This document shows, piece by piece, positions 60,445-64,000 of a DNA stretch of 64,000 nucleotides; positions within the stretch are counted from its first letter, which is position 1, and each line of letters begins with the position of its first letter. The notes beneath the pieces are model-generated. The model did no database searches. It saw only the letters and a program-made list of their open reading frames with translations, and was not told where the DNA came from. The stretch is taken from the NCBI GenBank assembly GCA_027340875.1, contig DAIENX010000002.1:25429-89428 (forward strand). The letters run 5' to 3'. This stretch comes from Elusimicrobiota bacterium (GTDB lineage: Bacteria; Elusimicrobiota; Elusimicrobia; Elusimicrobiales; UBA9959). The position numbers were made by a program, and so were the translations under genes.

Positions 60445-61578
60445 TTACTTCGCGGTAACGGACAGCGAGGTCTTGACCGCGTCGGTCACTGCCTTGATCT
60501 GCTCGTCCGTCAGCTCCGGGTACATCGGCAGCGAGAAGACGGTGTCCATCACGGCGTCGCAGACGGGCAGGTCGCCCCTCTTGCCGCCGAGGTGTCGGTA
60601 CGCCTCCTGCAGGTGCAGGGCTATCGGATAGTAGATCTGGTTCGCGATACCCTGCTCGGTCAGGTACTTCTGCGCGTTGTCGCGCTTGGCCTTGCTGTCG
60701 AAGCGTATCGTGTAGTAGTTGAACGAGTGCTTCGCGTTAGCCGGCACGGCCGGGGTCACGCAGACGCCCTTGAGCTGCTCGGCGTACTTGGCGGCGACCT
60801 TCGCGCGCATCTCTGTCCACTTCTCTACGTGCTTCAGGCGGATGGAGAGGACCGCGGCCTGCACGGTGTCGAGGCGGCTGTTGAAGCCCTCCATCTCGTG
60901 ATGGTAGCGCACCTTGCTGCCGTGGTTGCGCAGCTGGATCAGCGTCGCGTGGATGTTCTCGTCGTTGGTCAGCACGGCGCCGCCGTCGCCGAAAGCGCCG
61001 AGGTTCTTCGCGGGGAAGAAGCTGAAAGTGCCGCAGTGGCCCATCGTGCCGAGGTACTTCCAGTCCTTGCCGCCCAGCTTGTACTTGCCGGTGAAGGCCT
61101 GCGCGGTGTCCTCTACCACTATGAGGCCGTGCTTCTTGGCTATGGCCATGATCGCGTCCATGTCGCACGGCATGCCGTAGAGGTGCACCGGTACGATGGC
61201 GCGGGTCTTTTTCGTGATCTTCTTCTCTACGGACTTCGGGTCGAGGTTGAAGGTGACGGGGTCGATGTCGGCGAACACGGGGACCGCGCCTACCTGGGAG
61301 ATGGTCTCCGAGGTGGCGATGAAGGTGAACGGGGAGGTGATGACCTCGTCGCCCTTCTTGATGCCGCTGGCGATGTAGGCCATGCGCAGCGCGTCGGTGC
61401 CGTTGGCCACGCCGACGCAGTACTTCGCGCCGTTATGGGCGGCGAAGTCCTTTTCGAACTTGGCTACGTCCTCGCCCAGTATGAAATGGGCCTTGTTGAA
61501 AACGTTCTTGACGGCCGCCTCTATCTCGTCCTTTATCGGGGGATAACCGGCCAGCATATCTACCATGGGTACTTTCAT
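60445..61578 (-). CDS. DegT/DnrJ/EryC1/StrS-family sugar aminotransferase
   Basis: Start at MKVPMVD (Met20 of ORF 60445..61635) with AGGAGGGA upstream. Contains ANGTDAL, FSFFPAKNLGAFGDGG and NSRLDTVQAA. Confidence 0.8.
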   Translation of the reverse strand: MKVPMVDMLAGYPPIKDEIEAAVKNVFNKAHFILGEDVAKFEKDFAAHNGAKYCVGVANGTDALRMAYIASGIKKGDEVITSPFTFIATSETISQVGAVPVFADIDPVTFNLDPKSVEKKITKKTRAIVPVHLYGMPCDMDAIMAIAKKHGLIVVEDTAQAFTGKYKLGGKDWKYLGTMGHCGTFSFFPAKNLGAFGDGGAVLTNDENIHATLIQLRNHGSKVRYHHEMEGFNSRLDTVQAAVLSIRLKHVEKWTEMRAKVAAKYAEQLKGVCVTPAVPANAKHSFNYYTIRFDSKAKRDNAQKYLTEQGIANQIYYPIALHLQEAYRHLGGKRGDLPVCDAVMDTVFSLPMYPELTDEQIKAVTDAVKTSLSVTAK

Positions 61579-61657
61579 GATTCCCTCCTGTGACCGCAAT
61601 GATATCATTATAATAAAATAAAACCTTTCGCCCAAGGGAGGGAGGCGCCGCCCGATT

Positions 61658-61666
61658 TGTTATAAT
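61658..61666 (+). promoter_or_regulatory. extended -10 promoter element (TGtTATAAT) 9 nt upstream of ATG 61676
   Basis: Exact TGnTATAAT with no SD before the start codon. The AT-rich island also contains the palindrome ATGATATCAT (61599-61608) and a minus-strand TATAAT (61607-61612). Confidence 0.4.
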
Positions 61667-61675
61667 CTATCCTTA

Positions 61676-62389
61676 ATGAAGACCACCATCGTCATCCCGT
61701 CCTATAACGAGATGAAGACGCTGCCCGCCGTGCTGAAGGCGGTGGCGGCCGTTCCGCTGGACAAGGAGGTCATAGTGGTGGACGACGGGTCGAAGGACGG
61801 CACCCGCGAGTGGCTGGAGAAAGCCATAGCCGCCAAAGAGTTCCCGTGCGACCTGAAGCTGATCAAGCACGAGAGGAACAGGGGCAAGGGGGGCGCGCTG
61901 ATAACCGGTTTCGGAGCGGCCGCCGGCGACATCGTGATAGTGCAGGACGCCGACCTCGAATACGACCCTTCCCAGATCCAGGACATCGTGCGCCCCATCA
62001 TGGAGGACCGCGCCGACGCCGTCTTCGGCTCGCGGATGCTGACCGCGAGGACCTATACCTACAGCCCCGTCTACCTCGCCGGCAACAAGTTCCTGACCTT
62101 CCTGGTGGCCCTGCTGTTCGGGATGCGGGTGACGGACTCCTACACCTGCTACAAGGCCTTTCGCACCCCGCTGCTCAGGAAGATGCGGATAGCCTCCACC
62201 GGCTTCGAGATAGAAGCGGAGCTCTCCTGCAAGACGGCCTTCTTCGGGCTGCGCTTCCTTGAGCTGCCCATAAAGTACACCTCCCGCTCCAGGCAGGAGG
62301 GCAAGAAGATCAACTACAAGGACGCCGTCAAGGGCGTGCTTAAGATCCTGAAGCTGCGGCTGACCCTGCGGTCCGCCGATTTCAACTGA
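61676..62389 (+). CDS. GT2 glycosyltransferase (DPM1/polyprenyl-phosphate sugar synthase-like)
   Basis: 237 aa. Contains IVIPSYNE, VVDDGSKDGT and VQDADLEYDP. Confidence 0.75.
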   Translation: MKTTIVIPSYNEMKTLPAVLKAVAAVPLDKEVIVVDDGSKDGTREWLEKAIAAKEFPCDLKLIKHERNRGKGGALITGFGAAAGDIVIVQDADLEYDPSQIQDIVRPIMEDRADAVFGSRMLTARTYTYSPVYLAGNKFLTFLVALLFGMRVTDSYTCYKAFRTPLLRKMRIASTGFEIEAELSCKTAFFGLRFLELPIKYTSRSRQEGKKINYKDAVKGVLKILKLRLTLRSADFN

Positions 62390-63258
62390 TGCGCGCACTT
62401 ATCATAGGCGCTTCCGGGCAGGTGGGCGGGGCCCTCTCCTCCCTCTGTGTGAGGCGCAGGATAGAGGTGTACGGCACCTCCCGCGCCGGCCAGGGCTTCC
62501 TGTACCTCGACCTCGGCTCTCCGGAAAGCGTGAAGGACGCCTTCGCCAAGGCCAGGCCGGACCTGGTGCTGCTGGCCTCCGCGTTCACCAATGTGGACGG
62601 CTGCGAGCGCGAGCCGGAGCGGGCGCGCCGGATCAACGCCGAGGGCCCGGCGCTGGTGGCGGAGGAATGCCGCAAGGCCGGCTCTAAGCTGGTCTATTTC
62701 TCTACCGAGTACGTCTTCGACGGGAAGAACGGGCCTTATGCCGAGGAGGACCCGGCGGGCCCGGTCAGCGTATACGGACGCACCAAGCTGGAAGGGGAGA
62801 AAGCCTGCCTCGAGCTGCCCGGCGCGCTGGCCGTCCGCACCACGGTGGTGTTCAGCCACGACCCCGATTCCAGGAACTTCGTGATGCAGCTGATAAGCAG
62901 CCGCCGCGCCGGCGCCAGGATGCGGGTGCCGTCGGACCAGTACTCCAATCCTACGTACGCTCCGGAGCTGGCCGCCGCGGTGCTGGACCTCGTTGACAAA
63001 GGGGCCTCGGGCGTCTACAACGTAGTCGGTCCGGACCGGCTGAACCGCTACGAGTTCGCGCTCAAGGCCTGCGCGGCCTTCGGCTTCGACCCCGCCTTCC
63101 TGGAGCCTAAGCTCACTTCGGAGCTGGGCCAGCTGGCGCCGAGGCCGCTGAACGCGGGGCTCAAGAGCGACAAGCTGGCCGGCACTCTCGGCCGCCGGCT
63201 GCCGCCGGTGGAGGAGAGCCTGCGGAAGATAGCCGGCCTGCTGAAACAGTATGAATGA
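62389..63258 (+). CDS. rmlD: dTDP-4-dehydrorhamnose reductase-like SDR (RmlD family)
   Basis: 289 aa. Contains IIGASGQVG and STEYVFDGKNGPYAEEDPAGPVSVYGRTKLEGE (the YxxxK motif). Its ATG overlaps the upstream TGA by 1 nt. Confidence 0.7.
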   Translation: MRALIIGASGQVGGALSSLCVRRRIEVYGTSRAGQGFLYLDLGSPESVKDAFAKARPDLVLLASAFTNVDGCEREPERARRINAEGPALVAEECRKAGSKLVYFSTEYVFDGKNGPYAEEDPAGPVSVYGRTKLEGEKACLELPGALAVRTTVVFSHDPDSRNFVMQLISSRRAGARMRVPSDQYSNPTYAPELAAAVLDLVDKGASGVYNVVGPDRLNRYEFALKACAAFGFDPAFLEPKLTSELGQLAPRPLNAGLKSDKLAGTLGRRLPPVEESLRKIAGLLKQYE

Positions 63259-64000
63259 CCTGCTGGAGAATTCCCGCCTTTATATCATAGCGTTCGTGCT
63301 GCCGCTGCTGCTGTCGCTGGGGCTGACGCCGCTGCTGCGCGCGTTGGCGCTGCGCTTCGGCCATCTGGACAAACCCACGGAGATCAAGACGCACAAGCAT
63401 CCCACCCCGCTTATGGGCGGCACGGCCATCTTCCTGGCCTTCTCGGCCTCGCTGGTCTTCATGCGCTTCTACACGTCGTTCCCGACCGGCACGCTGCGCG
63501 ACCTGCGCCTGCTGATGGGCGGGGGGGCCGTGATGTTCGCCCTGGGCCTGGTGGACGACCTCCGCAAGCCGCACGGACTGGGCTTCAAGACCAAGTTCGT
63601 CGTGCAGTTCGCGGTGGCGGCCGCGGTGGCGCTGCACGGCATCCGCATACATTTCATCCAGCCGGACTACCTGGGTTTCCTCATCAGCGTGTTGTGGATA
63701 GTGGGCGTCTCCAACGCTTTCAACATCATCGACATCATGGACGGGCTGTCCGCCGGGCAGGCCGCGCTGGCGGCCTTCGGCTTCCTGCTGATAGCCTTCC
63801 CGTCGGAGGCCATCTACGTCAACTTCGCCTCGGCGGCGCTGGCGGGGGCCGCGCTGGGCTTCCTGCCTTACAATTTCTCGAAGAGGCTGAAGATCTTCAT
63901 GGGGGACTCGGGCAGCCTGCTGTGCGGGTTCGTGCTGGCGCTGGTGGCGATGGGTACGCGCTATACCGACGTGAACCCGCTGGGCGTGTACGCGCCCATC
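63251..64000 (+). CDS. MraY/WecA-family polyprenyl-phosphate N-acetylhexosamine-1-phosphate transferase (GT4), 3'-truncated by the window end
   Basis: My own translation from ATG 63251 gives MNDLLENSRLYIIAFVLPLL...HKHPTPLMGG...NAFNIIDIMDGL...MGDSGSL, open to base 64000. It is absent from the ORF track because no stop is reached. Overlaps the rmlD end by 8 nt. Confidence 0.7.
   Translation, partial: MNDLLENSRLYIIAFVLPLLLSLGLTPLLRALALRFGHLDKPTEIKTHKHPTPLMGGTAIFLAFSASLVFMRFYTSFPTGTLRDLRLLMGGGAVMFALGLVDDLRKPHGLGFKTKFVVQFAVAAAVALHGIRIHFIQPDYLGFLISVLWIVGVSNAFNIIDIMDGLSAGQAALAAFGFLLIAFPSEAIYVNFASAALAGAALGFLPYNFSKRLKIFMGDSGSLLCGFVLALVAMGTRYTDVNPLGVYAPI

Overview
High-GC (by eye roughly 63-66%) chromosomal fragment from a diderm bacterium, judged from LptFG, a TolC-like protein and beta-barrel outer membrane proteins (OMPs). 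It is densely coding (about 57 CDS) with pervasive 1-4 nt start/stop overlaps. I see no rRNA, tRNA, CRISPR array, transposase or integrase. All family calls come from motif recognition by eye; no searches were run. Left end (822-8994, minus strand): a nine-gene operon encodes a four-subunit group 3b (sulfhydrogenase-type, HyhBGSL) [NiFe] hydrogenase, its endopeptidase, HydG, a HypC-HydE fusion, HypA and an Mrp/MinD-type ATPase. [FeFe]-type radical-SAM maturases therefore sit inside a [NiFe] operon with no HypDEF or HydF in view; this is the strongest candidate for an undescribed system. 11069-15989: an operon of radical SAM/SPASM enzyme, methyltransferase, small Cys/Pro/Tyr-tailed lipoprotein, secreted protein and DUF799-like lipoprotein, possibly an envelope peptide or lipoprotein maturation system. 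22086-27440: a 1784-aa beta-barrel OMP (possibly SprA-like) divergent from lptFG. Middle: tkt, a NUDIX hydrolase, dnaE interrupted by an in-frame TAA at the conserved Tyr of the YQEQ motif, a stand-alone receiver, an OMP and a PPi-type PFK. These are followed by a coupled HAMP protein-TolC-patatin-TPR-dapF block and dapA. Right third (43946-64000): a large envelope-glycan locus. It holds three to four GT-C (ArnT/PMT-like) membrane transferases, GT2 enzymes, methyltransferases, a WbpB/D/E-like trio and an AsnB-type amidotransferase. It also holds a eukaryote-type UGM-like flavoenzyme, Fcl, an RmlD-like reductase and a WecA/MraY-like transferase cut by the window end. Smaller signals: a shared ATAGGnCCTAT palindrome in two promoter regions, -10 boxes abutting start codons (possible leaderless mRNAs), an inverted-repeat-bounded 170-bp element, and terminator-like hairpins in a divergent intergenic region.
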